DNA of 64,000 bases from a virus (taxonomy: Duplodnaviria; Heunggongvirae; Uroviricota; Caudoviricetes), in IMG/VR virus record IMGVR_UViG_3300009177_000029, positions 41,064 through 105,063 of that record. One strand, given 5' to 3'. Below are positions 28,447-38,347 of this stretch, piece by piece. Positions within the stretch are counted from its first letter, which is position 1. Each line of letters opens with the position of its first letter. A program made the position numbers and the translations under genes. The notes below the pieces were generated by a model. It did not search any database and had not been told where the DNA came from. It saw only the letters and a program-made list of their open reading frames with translations.

Positions 28447-30786
28447 TCAAGCGGACTGAGACGCCAACGAGAGGAAGAGGTCAATCAACTCGAAGTTGAT
28501 TCCGGGTACAGGGAAGATACCAACGTTGATCTGGACAACATCGCCTTCCGAGAATACCTTCAAGTTGTGGTATGCGCGGATAGTTGCGCCCGTTGCCGGG
28601 TCTGTCGAGTCAACGATGATGTTAGCAGTACGGTACGTCTCCAAGAGGGACGACACGGCATCCTTGATGGATGCGATGGTTGCAGGCGTTGCCTTGCGAC
28701 CCGTGAAGCGGTTCTGTACCAATGTACGGAGACCATACACAACGAAGCGTACTACGTCGCGGATGGAACCTTCGGTGTAGGCGAGGTTATCGTCCTTCAC
28801 CCAAGTCGTGAGGTCACGTACCCAACGTGTACCCTGACCGACAACAGTCTCTGCGAACATTGCTCCGTTCTGGATCAAGTCGCCGGAATCCGTCACATCG
28901 GATGGGTTCCACGATGCGTCCTGCGTGATAGCCGACACACGTAGGTACTTGTTCGTCAAAGGCTCGCCGATTTCTGGCACGCCTAGACGCATGGATGCGC
29001 CCATTACTGCAAACTCACGAGGACCCTTCTGTACTAGGTCACCCGTAGAACCAACAATAGTTGGGGACTGTGATACGCAGGCTACGTCTGCGTCGTTGAT
29101 ACTGTTACATGCGGTGATGTAAGCAGCCTTGTTTCCGCGGAAACCAATCCAACCGCCACGCTCAAGTCCAGCGGCACCGCGAGCTGCGGTTACGTGGTCT
29201 ACAAGCTGTGCAGAAACTGCTGCCCAAGTTGCAGTAGACGAGTTACCCTCGTTTACCAAGTCCTGGTCAATGAGTGGAATGATTTCATCGCATACCTGTA
29301 GAAGCATCTTGTCGAAGCCAGCCTGGAAGCTGCTGTTCGAGGAAATGCCGCGGGTACCACCAGAGAGTAGAAATGCCCATGGAAGTGGGTCACCCGTCGT
29401 GTCTGGATAGTCTACTGTGTTGCCATCACCACCGTCAGCAGGGTCGGACGAAGAACGTGCAGCCGTAAGATACACAGCCGACGAGTTGATCCACGCTACT
29501 ACTTCCTTGATATCCTGACGGAATCCGGTCGTAGCAACCGTACCAGAGAAAGAAGTCTGGATTGGTGTTGCGGTGCTGGTACCGAAGTCAAACTGTGACG
29601 CAAGTTCTACATCACCGTTGATGGCTGATGGAACCGTTGCCAAGTAGTTTGGGTTCGCGTTCACAGCGTTCTTCAACTGGTTCACGGTCATCGTAGGCGA
29701 GATCGCGATGTTGAGGTTGTCACCCGTCACACCAGTGATGGTAGAGGTAAGTGCAGTTGCCTTACCACTTGCACCCGTGATGGTCGCAGTTGCAGCCGTT
29801 ACACCGTAAATCTCTACGATGTCACCAACTACTGGCACTGCGGAAAGTGCAGTTGCCAAAGTGATCGTGCTGACCGTGTTCGTGGTGATCTTGCTGATTG
29901 CCTTGAGGTTGCCAGAAGCATCCTTCAATACGAACGTCATGTTCGCGTTCGCAAGGCTTACTAGCGACGAGGTTGTCACATTGATCAAGCTAGTCGTAGA
30001 ACCTGCGGTTACCAATGTGCTGTCGTTGAGTGGGCCGCCACGGTAAACGATGTGCAAGTAGTTGCGAAGCTGACCACCCAAAGTTGGGCTGATCTGCTGC
30101 TGACCCTCGAAGTTGATGGTCATCTGGTACGACTGGTCCGTTGGGTTGTAGTCCAAGTTCGCATCAATCGTAGACGTGTGCGCACCGTAGTCACGGGACG
30201 TGAGATCAATCAAGTTCGAGTGAACTACTACAGTGTCTGCGGCTGCTGGGGCCTGTGGTAGAGCGGGCGCAAAAGTGATTTGCGACGTGGTGTTTGCTGT
30301 CACACGACGGAGGAAGGTTGGCGATCCTGGAAGAGCTGCGATACCAATCTTCACCCAACGACCAATCAAGGCGCTAGCTACCAACGTAGCCGCTACTGTG
30401 ACAGTTGTGGTTGTACCTGCGGATGCAGTCGTCGTCACAATGTCCGCTGCGGTGGATGGAAGGCTTACGCTCGATTGAGTCGATGCGTTCGTCTTGTACA
30501 CGAGTACCTGTGCGGCACCACCTGGAATGAGTGGGTCGCCAGAGGACTGGAATGCAAGCTTGATCGCGTCAACCAATGGACCACTGCGGAAGATATCCGT
30601 AGCGCGTGATGGGTCACGAAGCGAAATGAGCCCGGCAGAGCCCGGTGCACCACCGTCAGCTTCACCAATGAGACCGAGCACACCACCAGCGGTTACACCG
30701 ATCTGGTTGAGCGCCTCAGCGTTCACCCTGGAAATAGCACCAGGACGAAAACGTGTGATACCGTTAAATGTTACTGAGCGTGCCAT
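28447..30786 (-). CDS. Contractile tail sheath protein
   Basis: VLGLIGEADGG, IFRSGPLVDAIKLAF, LTNKYLRV, C-terminal VGIFPVPGINFELIDL. Confidence 0.93.
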   Translation of the reverse strand: MARSVTFNGITRFRPGAISRVNAEALNQIGVTAGGVLGLIGEADGGAPGSAGLISLRDPSRATDIFRSGPLVDAIKLAFQSSGDPLIPGGAAQVLVYKTNASTQSSVSLPSTAADIVTTTASAGTTTTVTVAATLVASALIGRWVKIGIAALPGSPTFLRRVTANTTSQITFAPALPQAPAAADTVVVHSNLIDLTSRDYGAHTSTIDANLDYNPTDQSYQMTINFEGQQQISPTLGGQLRNYLHIVYRGGPLNDSTLVTAGSTTSLINVTTSSLVSLANANMTFVLKDASGNLKAISKITTNTVSTITLATALSAVPVVGDIVEIYGVTAATATITGASGKATALTSTITGVTGDNLNIAISPTMTVNQLKNAVNANPNYLATVPSAINGDVELASQFDFGTSTATPIQTSFSGTVATTGFRQDIKEVVAWINSSAVYLTAARSSSDPADGGDGNTVDYPDTTGDPLPWAFLLSGGTRGISSNSSFQAGFDKMLLQVCDEIIPLIDQDLVNEGNSSTATWAAVSAQLVDHVTAARGAAGLERGGWIGFRGNKAAYITACNSINDADVACVSQSPTIVGSTGDLVQKGPREFAVMGASMRLGVPEIGEPLTNKYLRVSAITQDASWNPSDVTDSGDLIQNGAMFAETVVGQGTRWVRDLTTWVKDDNLAYTEGSIRDVVRFVVYGLRTLVQNRFTGRKATPATIASIKDAVSSLLETYRTANIIVDSTDPATGATIRAYHNLKVFSEGDVVQINVGIFPVPGINFELIDLFLSLASQSA

Positions 30787-30798
30787 GTGTGACTCCTA

Positions 30799-31035
30799 TC
30801 AGTATGCCTTCATCATTTCGTCCCACTTTTCGAGCGGATACTTATTGCCAACGAGTGCCCCAAGGAAAGCGCGCATTCCACCAAGGTGGCGCGGCTGCTT
30901 GTTCTTGAGCTGTGCCCACTGTTCAAAGGAGTACACCTTCGTTCTTGGGGCTCTTACGAAAATCTTGGTAGTAGCTACTGGAACTTCTACCTCGACAGAA
31001 ACTTCATCTTTGTTCTTAGCCATGTCTTCCCTCAC
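30799..31035 (-). CDS. Small hypothetical protein
   Basis: 78-aa ORF between neck genes and sheath. Confidence 0.6.
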   Translation of the reverse strand: MREDMAKNKDEVSVEVEVPVATTKIFVRAPRTKVYSFEQWAQLKNKQPRHLGGMRAFLGALVGNKYPLEKWDEMMKAY

Positions 31036-32066
31036 AAAGCGATACGAGACACAATGATTGTCTCACCAGGGACGGGTGTTCCCACGCCCTGTGGGTTCAC
31101 AGAGGTGAGCGTGATCTGGATTGCTTTTGCCACATCCTGCTCAACAATGAAGCTGAAAGGATAGTGGAACTGTACGGTCATGGATCTTGTGAAGACCTCG
31201 CTCGGTAGCAACTCGGACCTTGGGGCCAAGTCGGAACCGCTGATCTTCAAAGCCATGATACCCTGCGCTTCGAGGAACTTACGTTGCGCAAACAGTATCG
31301 CTTTCAGCACTGTGTAGAGGTATATTACCTCTTCTTGGTTACCAGCGATGACGTCTAGCTGATACTGTGAATCGTAGTTCGCTCCGACGCGTAGTTGACT
31401 CATGCTGTCAGTGTACGCGCGTACTGGATTTCCGTATGAAGCCTCAGGGGCATCCTCATAGCGGAGGTCCACTACACTTGATGAGTCTAAGTCTAGCTCA
31501 AATGTACCTACGATGTCAAGCTGTTCCGACGAGATTGAACTGATTCTGTACTTTTTACCAGCCCCAGCTCCGGCTACTACATACAAGAACATAGAAGGCC
31601 AGTTTGACACACCAGCAAAGATCTCGCTCATCACGTCATTCGATTCCTCGGTAAAGGTGATTGCTTGCTTCTGTGGAAGCATTGACGCAACGTGAAGCTG
31701 CCCAACTACCAAATCAGGAAGTCCCTGTGCTGTAGACACCGATGCGGCGTTTCCACCAAGCGTGTCCATATCCATGTCTGCATCTGGCATGTCGAAATGC
31801 GGAGGAGCACCCATGATATCGCCAAGGAACTCCTCAGCTTCGGTCTCACTCTTGAGCATGAGCACAATAGCTGGTGCCTTGATTTCTGTGCGTGGATAGT
31901 TGATCGAGAAGTCAATCACAGTCTCAGTGATAAACGACTTGATGGCTTCCTGCTGTGCAAGAGGAAGGTTCTTGAAGATCATGTTGAGGATCCTGGGTTC
32001 CTGACGGATGCCCTTGATGCCTTCGATGATCGCACGTTGTAGGATGATTTCTGGTAGGGTACTCAT
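31032..32066 (-). CDS. Tail terminator/neck protein
   Basis: Position before sheath; INYPRTEIKAPAIVLML. Confidence 0.6.
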   Translation of the reverse strand: MSTLPEIILQRAIIEGIKGIRQEPRILNMIFKNLPLAQQEAIKSFITETVIDFSINYPRTEIKAPAIVLMLKSETEAEEFLGDIMGAPPHFDMPDADMDMDTLGGNAASVSTAQGLPDLVVGQLHVASMLPQKQAITFTEESNDVMSEIFAGVSNWPSMFLYVVAGAGAGKKYRISSISSEQLDIVGTFELDLDSSSVVDLRYEDAPEASYGNPVRAYTDSMSQLRVGANYDSQYQLDVIAGNQEEVIYLYTVLKAILFAQRKFLEAQGIMALKISGSDLAPRSELLPSEVFTRSMTVQFHYPFSFIVEQDVAKAIQITLTSVNPQGVGTPVPGETIIVSRIAL

Positions 32067-32593
32067 GAGGTCTGCATGTCCTTGAACAACTTTTCCACAT
32101 TCTTCGGAATGATGGTTCGGTCGAGTTCATTGCTCACTTCATCAGAGAGCTTCTTTCCTTTGAAGCCTGGGTGCATCCAAGAATCTGGCTTGGAGTTCAC
32201 ACTCACTGTTGCGAATGCCGTGGGCTTTGTCATATTGATGTAGCGACGTGGATTCAACGGAATCACTCGATACTTGTTGCCCTTCAACAATCCAGGTTTC
32301 ATGTCATAGGCTGATCCACCCTGGTCTACTACGTAAGGCAAGAATCCTTCAAGCTTGAGATAGAACGACGCATCGTCTACAAGCTGCAAGTCGATCGCCT
32401 TGACGTAAACGTTTCGGCTTGACTTGAGTTTCTGCCCTGCCAGGGTCTTCCAGAAGGTCTTTCCTTCCATGGCGATGCGACGCATCATGCCAGGAATCTT
32501 CTTCTTTAGACGTCGATCCATATCGAGTAGAGCCTCCGGAAACTCGATATTGAGGACTACTTGATTTGCACGCGGGTCAGCAAAGACAGTCAA
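32063..32593 (-). CDS. Neck/tail completion protein
   Basis: Start trimmed to TTG overlapping upstream TGA; RKLKSSR-type basic region, WMHPGF motif. Confidence 0.6.
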   Translation of the reverse strand: MTVFADPRANQVVLNIEFPEALLDMDRRLKKKIPGMMRRIAMEGKTFWKTLAGQKLKSSRNVYVKAIDLQLVDDASFYLKLEGFLPYVVDQGGSAYDMKPGLLKGNKYRVIPLNPRRYINMTKPTAFATVSVNSKPDSWMHPGFKGKKLSDEVSNELDRTIIPKNVEKLFKDMQTS

Positions 32594-33396
32594 ATCTTCG
32601 TCCTCCCTGTGAGCGCGATCTGTTCCTTCTGTCTCATTGCCGGAGTTGCGACAGAGGTTGCCTGTGTGTATGCAACGTGTTTCTTGCGAAGAACTACACG
32701 CTGCTGTAGGTTGCGTCCGCGGTCCACACGCTGTAGTGGTGAAGCGTAAACAATCCACTCTGGATAGTAGTGGTACTTGAGGACATAGAACACGCCATCT
32801 GCTGGCTTGTTACCAATCCACTTCACCTTGTTGTCATTGATCTGAAAGTCGGAGTCAACATCGTAGACCACGTTGTGCTCGTCTTCACACCAAACAGCAC
32901 AACCACTACCTGCATACCAGAGACGGTCCTCGGAGGGATCCAAGTCGGTAGGAATAGTGCGAGCGTTGCTTAGGTGTGCTGCGTTGCGGCAAATCGTTTG
33001 ACCTTCGGTCAAAACGTCTGTGATGCACAACGTCACCTTATCCATGTCCTGCATCTCTTGCTCGTACAAGGATGGTGAGAATACAGCGTCACCAGGCAAT
33101 GCCAAACCCAAGTCAATGAGCTGGCGGTTGCCTGCGTTGACGGCTGTAAGCAAGCCAAGAACCTTTGTTGCATTTCGATACATGAACCCGAAGCCGTGGC
33201 ACGTAGGACAGTTCGGCCTACGGATACGAATGGCTTCGTTAGGGTTCTTCTCGTTGAATGAGGCAACCGTGTCTTCACGACGACATGCAGGGCAGGCTAC
33301 GCCCGTCTCCCAAATCACGTAGTCGCCGCGATCTTGGATAAGAGCTTCAAGTAGGCCGAAATCCCAATCGGCACCTAGTCCTGGCATGATTGTCAT
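32590..33396 (-). CDS. Head closure (neck 2) protein
   Basis: DRGDYVIWETGVACPAC...CPTCHGFG, like SPO1/Twort-like neck proteins (recall). Confidence 0.72.
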   Translation of the reverse strand: MTIMPGLGADWDFGLLEALIQDRGDYVIWETGVACPACRREDTVASFNEKNPNEAIRIRRPNCPTCHGFGFMYRNATKVLGLLTAVNAGNRQLIDLGLALPGDAVFSPSLYEQEMQDMDKVTLCITDVLTEGQTICRNAAHLSNARTIPTDLDPSEDRLWYAGSGCAVWCEDEHNVVYDVDSDFQINDNKVKWIGNKPADGVFYVLKYHYYPEWIVYASPLQRVDRGRNLQQRVVLRKKHVAYTQATSVATPAMRQKEQIALTGRTKI

Positions 33397-35219
33397 ACTA
33401 CCAACAACGTTGCTCCTCTGTACTTGCCCTTGTACTTGACAAGCTGTTCATCAATCCAATCCTTGAACATTTGGATTGCACCCGTGTACGGACCGTACTT
33501 CAACTGCGTCGTGTAAGACACAGACTGAGAAACGCCGTCACGGCCAAGAGACGTGGAGCCGACACCCGGTCGAAGAGAAGCACCCAACATAGTCAAGGCA
33601 TCCATGGCTGCCTTCTTTGCAATGAGTTCCTGCAAGTCGCAAGGACACTCACGCAAGCCGACAATAAAGTTGAAGTGCCAGAAGTTCGGAATCGCGGCCG
33701 CTCCACGAAGAGCATTCACCCAGATCAAGCCCAAGAAATCGAAGGCGATTGTCTGGTTGAAAGGTACCAACTGAATGAGTCCACCCTGTGGGTAGAACTG
33801 AATCCAGTCGAGGTCAATGTCGATGATGCGGGTGTTGGCAATAGAACCGAATAGGTTGTCAACACGAAGCATCTGAGGATATGGAGTCTGAATGTCTACC
33901 CACTCATCGCCCATTCTTGGAGGATAGTAGGTTAGTGGACCCACGATGTAATCGTAGTCCGGGTCAGTGAAGAGCGGAGTTGGCGCGTTGATGCCTGCGG
34001 CGAACTGAATCATCGTAGGATCACGGTCGGTCACAACCTTCGTAGGTTCGACGTAAATAGCCAACGCCACATGCTCAAGCCACTCTTCTGCCTGGCATAG
34101 ATACTTAGCGAGTGTCTGATTGTCGAGACGTAGTTGTTCAACCAGAATGTCATCTGACTGGTTCGAAGTAGGTAGGAATGTAGGTCCGGACACACGGACC
34201 ACAATGTAGTCGTTGCCCATGATGCTGGAAAGCAAACCCATCTTGCCACCACAACCAGCACCGCCACCAGAGCCGCCGTTACCACGACGGAGAATGTACT
34301 CGCCAGGGTTGTTCACCGACACAATAGGTCCGCCATTCCACGAAAGCTGACGCACTTCTGGCGGACCAGCTTCATAGATATAGTTCAAGTTGAATACACC
34401 TAGTGGATGATTCGACGAAACCTCGATGATGGTTACACCCGTGATGTTTGTGGGCTGATTGCGCACAAAGCGAGCCTGACCAGCTTGTAGCGGAATACCG
34501 AACAAGAAGTCCTTCTTCAAACGTTCCACTGTGACGATGCGGATATCGAAGTCCGGAGACTCGCCAGAAACCTCATCGCGGCCACCTGTGAACGCTGTAG
34601 GGCCTTCTACGGCACTCAACGACAATCCGGACGTTCCAGTGAACGAAGCGCTTGCGAAGTTCGCTAGGGTCGAGTTGATCAACGCAGTGATTCGTTCACG
34701 CGTGTTCTTGCTTGGATCAAGTACACCACCTGTGTATCCCAACGTGATGGTCAAAGCCGTGCCAGCTACCACCGCACTCAGTTCAGATGTGCCACCGCCA
34801 TGAGCGACTTCAACCGTCAAAGAGTTTGCGTCAGTACCAGTCTCCACAGAATGAAGAGTGATTGGCGTGGAAGTGCCACTGCCGATGACTACCGAAGCGT
34901 TCGTAGCGAGAGAACGGGCACGCACGAAATACTTGCCGTGGCGAGCCAAGTTGATCATATCCTGGTCAACAAGGTTCGGAAGATTGAAGGTCGTAGACTG
35001 TACTTGCGGAGAAGTCGAACCTGTGAAAGACAACGACATTGTTCCGACTACAGAATCGCGCGAACGTCGTGCCTTGACTAGCTCGACTAGAACAGACTCA
35101 CTGGAATACGGTGTACCACCACTGCACTGCACAGTGACGTTTACAACATCACGGCCAGATTCGTAGCGAGAATACTCAGTGTTGTCTGTCAAGACAACGA
35201 TACCAGTAGGCTGTCCCAT
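33393..35219 (-). CDS. Head-tail adaptor (neck 1) with long N-terminal extension
   Basis: C-terminal CDLQELIAKKAA...GVGSTSLGRDGVSQSVSYT...YGPY resembles phage K-type neck 1. Confidence 0.72.
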   Translation of the reverse strand: MGQPTGIVVLTDNTEYSRYESGRDVVNVTVQCSGGTPYSSESVLVELVKARRSRDSVVGTMSLSFTGSTSPQVQSTTFNLPNLVDQDMINLARHGKYFVRARSLATNASVVIGSGTSTPITLHSVETGTDANSLTVEVAHGGGTSELSAVVAGTALTITLGYTGGVLDPSKNTRERITALINSTLANFASASFTGTSGLSLSAVEGPTAFTGGRDEVSGESPDFDIRIVTVERLKKDFLFGIPLQAGQARFVRNQPTNITGVTIIEVSSNHPLGVFNLNYIYEAGPPEVRQLSWNGGPIVSVNNPGEYILRRGNGGSGGGAGCGGKMGLLSSIMGNDYIVVRVSGPTFLPTSNQSDDILVEQLRLDNQTLAKYLCQAEEWLEHVALAIYVEPTKVVTDRDPTMIQFAAGINAPTPLFTDPDYDYIVGPLTYYPPRMGDEWVDIQTPYPQMLRVDNLFGSIANTRIIDIDLDWIQFYPQGGLIQLVPFNQTIAFDFLGLIWVNALRGAAAIPNFWHFNFIVGLRECPCDLQELIAKKAAMDALTMLGASLRPGVGSTSLGRDGVSQSVSYTTQLKYGPYTGAIQMFKDWIDEQLVKYKGKYRGATLLVV

Positions 35220-35228
35220 GTTACCTCG

Positions 35229-35849
35229 TCATGGAATGTCGAACAAGTTCGCAGTTGAACCTGGGACGGTGATAGTCCTGCGGTAGTTTGCATCAGCAAT
35301 GATGAACTCTGCCGAAGTACCTGTAATCAACGACAATGTGAAGAACCCGGTGTCATCTGTGGTTGTCGTGAGGAAATCTGCTCCGATGAGGATGCCGTCA
35401 GTAGTTGGGTGCACAATCGTAGGCTGAGAGACGATGCGTGCTACTACCGATGTGCCACTCAAAGGCTGTCCTGCGGAATCGTAGATATATCCGTAGATTG
35501 CCGTGATAGGTGGTGTGAATCCTGGGGTTGGGATTGGCGGTGCCGTAGCCGCAACTGCCACGAATGCTGCAAGCAACGTAGGCTTCGTCGTGGCACTAGT
35601 AAAGCTCAAGTACAATGAGCCAAGTGTGTTCGTATCACCGCTAACGAGGCTGATTCCGTAGAACCCGTTGCCCAAGTCAGCGAAGTTACCCGACGTGAGA
35701 GTGAACGTTGAAAACGAACTAGCTCCGGCTTTCTTGATACCTGCCGTTACAGCAGTGTAAGCCAAGCCAGTTGCCGGAGAGCCATCAGCAAGCTCCAAGT
35801 AGATTACTACAGTCGTAGCTGCGTTTTGAATGAGAAGAGGCGTGTTCAT
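35229..35849 (-). CDS. Beta-rich virion protein (Ig/transthyretin-like)
   Basis: Start MNTPLL with GGAG SD; IYGYIYDSAGQPLSGTSV, TTDDTGFFTL. Confidence 0.6.
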   Translation of the reverse strand: MNTPLLIQNAATTVVIYLELADGSPATGLAYTAVTAGIKKAGASSFSTFTLTSGNFADLGNGFYGISLVSGDTNTLGSLYLSFTSATTKPTLLAAFVAVAATAPPIPTPGFTPPITAIYGYIYDSAGQPLSGTSVVARIVSQPTIVHPTTDGILIGADFLTTTTDDTGFFTLSLITGTSAEFIIADANYRRTITVPGSTANLFDIP

Positions 35850-35859
35850 GTGGCGCTCC

Positions 35860-35906
35860 AAAGACAAAAGGAGTATAGCACGCCGTTTCCGGCAAAGCTA
35901 TACTCC
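35860..35906 (-). terminator. Intrinsic terminator
   Basis: GGAGTATAGC/GCTATACTCC stem followed by TTTTGTCTTT. Confidence 0.75.
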
Positions 35907-35932
35907 CTTGTGGTGCTACGCGGTGAGTGCAA

Positions 35933-36244
35933 TCAGAACTTGTCTGCTGCCGTCATCGTCTCAAGCTTCACAACTTCCTCTGCACGGTGAAGTGGCTGAG
36001 TTGGGGTTGGGCGTACGCCGTAAACCAAACGACCAGTTCCTACGTGTGGGGCGCTCGACGAATCGATACCCGTGGAAAGTGCTGCGCTCAAAGCTGCTGC
36101 GGCTTGCGTTGCAGTCGTGGTTGCTGCTGCCTGCTCTGCCGCAATGTTCTGTAGAACAATGAGGAAGGAGTTGTAGCTACGACGTAGAGCTTCTAGCTCT
36201 GCGCTGTTCTGATCACTCACAACCAATCTTACCTTTGCTGCCAT
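35933..36244 (-). CDS. Small hypothetical (possible capsid-associated) protein
   Basis: 103-aa ORF downstream of capsid. Confidence 0.6.
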   Translation of the reverse strand: MAAKVRLVVSDQNSAELEALRRSYNSFLIVLQNIAAEQAAATTTATQAAAALSAALSTGIDSSSAPHVGTGRLVYGVRPTPTQPLHRAEEVVKLETMTAADKF

Positions 36245-36254
36245 GATTCAATCC

Positions 36255-36827
36255 TCACTTCTTCTTTGAAGCCTTCACTAGCTTCATAGGTTCTACATCT
36301 GATACCAAGAAGCTCTGGTCAATCTCCTGAGGAACTACGTCCTTGGGGTCTTCTACCACTGCTTCTGCCACCATAGGTGCGAACACTTCTGGTGCGGGTT
36401 CTTCTACAGGTTCTACTGACGACTCCACCACGATCGAGAAGCGACCAGGCTTCATAGCCATCTCACGCTCGAAAAGCTCACGTAGGTGACCTGGCACCCT
36501 GCCGTGACCATCGGAACCGAATACAACGGGGAAACGGCCATCCAACAGGATCGTGCGGTTTCGTACGTTGCTCTTTACCTTCAAGTCCTTCATCTTTACC
36601 TCAGTTCTCAGGATAGGCTTGATTACTAGCTTAGCCATGTCCATTCGTACTTCGGAAAATGACTTACCTGTAGCTCCACCCTGTGCCTTGTTCAACGGGC
36701 AAGACCCACATACTACCGGCCCATTTTCATAGACCGTCACACCATTAACGCGTTTCTTGACACGTCGTGGAGTTGGGTGCCCGTAGATTGGCTTGTTGCA
36801 GATTGAACACGTTTCCATCAGAAACAC
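36255..36827 (-). CDS. Hypothetical protein with N-terminal CxxC pairs
   Basis: CSIC...CGSC. Confidence 0.55.
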   Translation of the reverse strand: MFLMETCSICNKPIYGHPTPRRVKKRVNGVTVYENGPVVCGSCPLNKAQGGATGKSFSEVRMDMAKLVIKPILRTEVKMKDLKVKSNVRNRTILLDGRFPVVFGSDGHGRVPGHLRELFEREMAMKPGRFSIVVESSVEPVEEPAPEVFAPMVAEAVVEDPKDVVPQEIDQSFLVSDVEPMKLVKASKKK

Positions 36828-36869
36828 CTATAAGGTGGGCGGTTTTTAGGCCGCCCACCTCAGGTTAAC

Positions 36870-38321
36870 TCAACGAAGGTTGAGCTGTCCGATGTTCAAG
36901 AAGCGCATCCACTTCTTTGGTGCGAAGAGGATTGGCGTACCGTATAGGAGGATCATCCAACGGTATGCAGGGCTGAGCACTGCAAGATCCATCTTCATGA
37001 GAGGCATGAGCTGGCGGAAGGTCAACACGGATGGCGTCAACTCTCCAAGGTATGCCGACGACGTGAATGGAAGGATCAAGTTCACATCGTTGTACACAGT
37101 CGTACCGGAAGCAGTCTGGCTGCTTGCAGGAACCTGTGCGATGAGCGCGTAGCTAGACAACGAAGCAGGAACTGCGTTGACCGAGCTAGCTTCCGAACGA
37201 TAGATCTTGAAGTATTCCGCAGGGAATGCTCCAATCGTCGAAGGGTTGGTGATGGTGAGAGGCAAGTAGTTGCCTGCGTCCTTGTTGGACTGCGTGAGTG
37301 CTACTGCTGCGCCGAGCACTGCCGTTGGAGCAGACTCACCGAAGCGGTTTGCAGCCGTCACTACGTACGAGACGTACGACGTACCTGGGGGCGCACCCTT
37401 GTTGTGATCGCCGGTCGTACCCGTTGGACCGCCTGCTGCGATAGAAGCTGGCGTTGCTGGTGCGGACGCCGACGTCTGGCCTGCTGGTGGGGTTGCCGTC
37501 TTGCGGATGAAGACGTCAGGGTTGAACTCAATCACGCCTGCCTGCGTTGCCATCGTCTGGACCGTGTTACCGATCTGTCCGTTCATTGGCGCTGGCATCT
37601 GGATACGCTCACGTGGATAGAACGTCTTCACGAGATCGCTCATCGTACGCGTACCGAGGAACATGTCGGTTGGGAAACCGAAGTTCTCGATGATGAGGTT
37701 TGCTGCCTCTTCGATGTCTGCTTCCTGCAACGTACCACCTTCGAGGTCGATGACCATCGAAGAGTCGATCATTGCATCGAGACCGTCCCACTGCTCCGAC
37801 TCACCGTCGAATGCGAGCGAGGAGTCACCCGAGAACAAGTGGCGCTCTACCTGCTGTAGCAACCAAAGAATACCGTTCTGGTTTTCCAAGGCGATGAGGT
37901 CACCGTGTGCTGGGTGCACAAGCGTTGCCTGGTGCGTCACTTCACGAGTGGTACCGAGGAACTTGACGAACTGCGAACGACGAACGTACGAGCTGTCAGT
38001 AGCCTGTGGTAGTTCACCTTCCTGGGTGAAGGGCGATGCATCTCCACCGTAGTCAGTGAGCTGGTTGTACTCTTCGATCGTGGAGTACGCTGGGCTCTTT
38101 GGGAGCTTCTTCCAGAACTTCACGTGGGAAGAGGAGTAGGTGAGAACCTTGAGGCTTGCCTCAAGCGACTCGACACGTAGCGCAGAGCCACCCGTCTTGC
38201 CAGCGCCTTGCTGATAGCCAGCTTCAAGTGCCTTCGAAAGCTCCTGAATGTCTGCTTCGCTACCGTTACCAAAGCCCGATCCAACGGAACCGCTCTGGAA
38301 TGCTCTTAGTCCAATAGTCAT
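36870..38321 (-). CDS. Major capsid protein (SPO1/Twort-like)
   Basis: ALRVESL, GDSSL...WDGL, NFGFPTDMFL, YLGELTPSV...PLMKMDLA...LYGTPILFAPKKW parallel phage K/A511 capsid motifs (recall); LSKA near N-terminus. Confidence 0.93.
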   Translation of the reverse strand: MTIGLRAFQSGSVGSGFGNGSEADIQELSKALEAGYQQGAGKTGGSALRVESLEASLKVLTYSSSHVKFWKKLPKSPAYSTIEEYNQLTDYGGDASPFTQEGELPQATDSSYVRRSQFVKFLGTTREVTHQATLVHPAHGDLIALENQNGILWLLQQVERHLFSGDSSLAFDGESEQWDGLDAMIDSSMVIDLEGGTLQEADIEEAANLIIENFGFPTDMFLGTRTMSDLVKTFYPRERIQMPAPMNGQIGNTVQTMATQAGVIEFNPDVFIRKTATPPAGQTSASAPATPASIAAGGPTGTTGDHNKGAPPGTSYVSYVVTAANRFGESAPTAVLGAAVALTQSNKDAGNYLPLTITNPSTIGAFPAEYFKIYRSEASSVNAVPASLSSYALIAQVPASSQTASGTTVYNDVNLILPFTSSAYLGELTPSVLTFRQLMPLMKMDLAVLSPAYRWMILLYGTPILFAPKKWMRFLNIGQLNLR

Positions 38322-38347
38322 TGTCTTTCTCCTTCTTTCCTACCGAT

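Noticed and set aside
36833-36860. Terminator after major capsid gene
   Set aside because: A 10-bp hairpin is present but no U-tract follows on the coding strand, so it is not called
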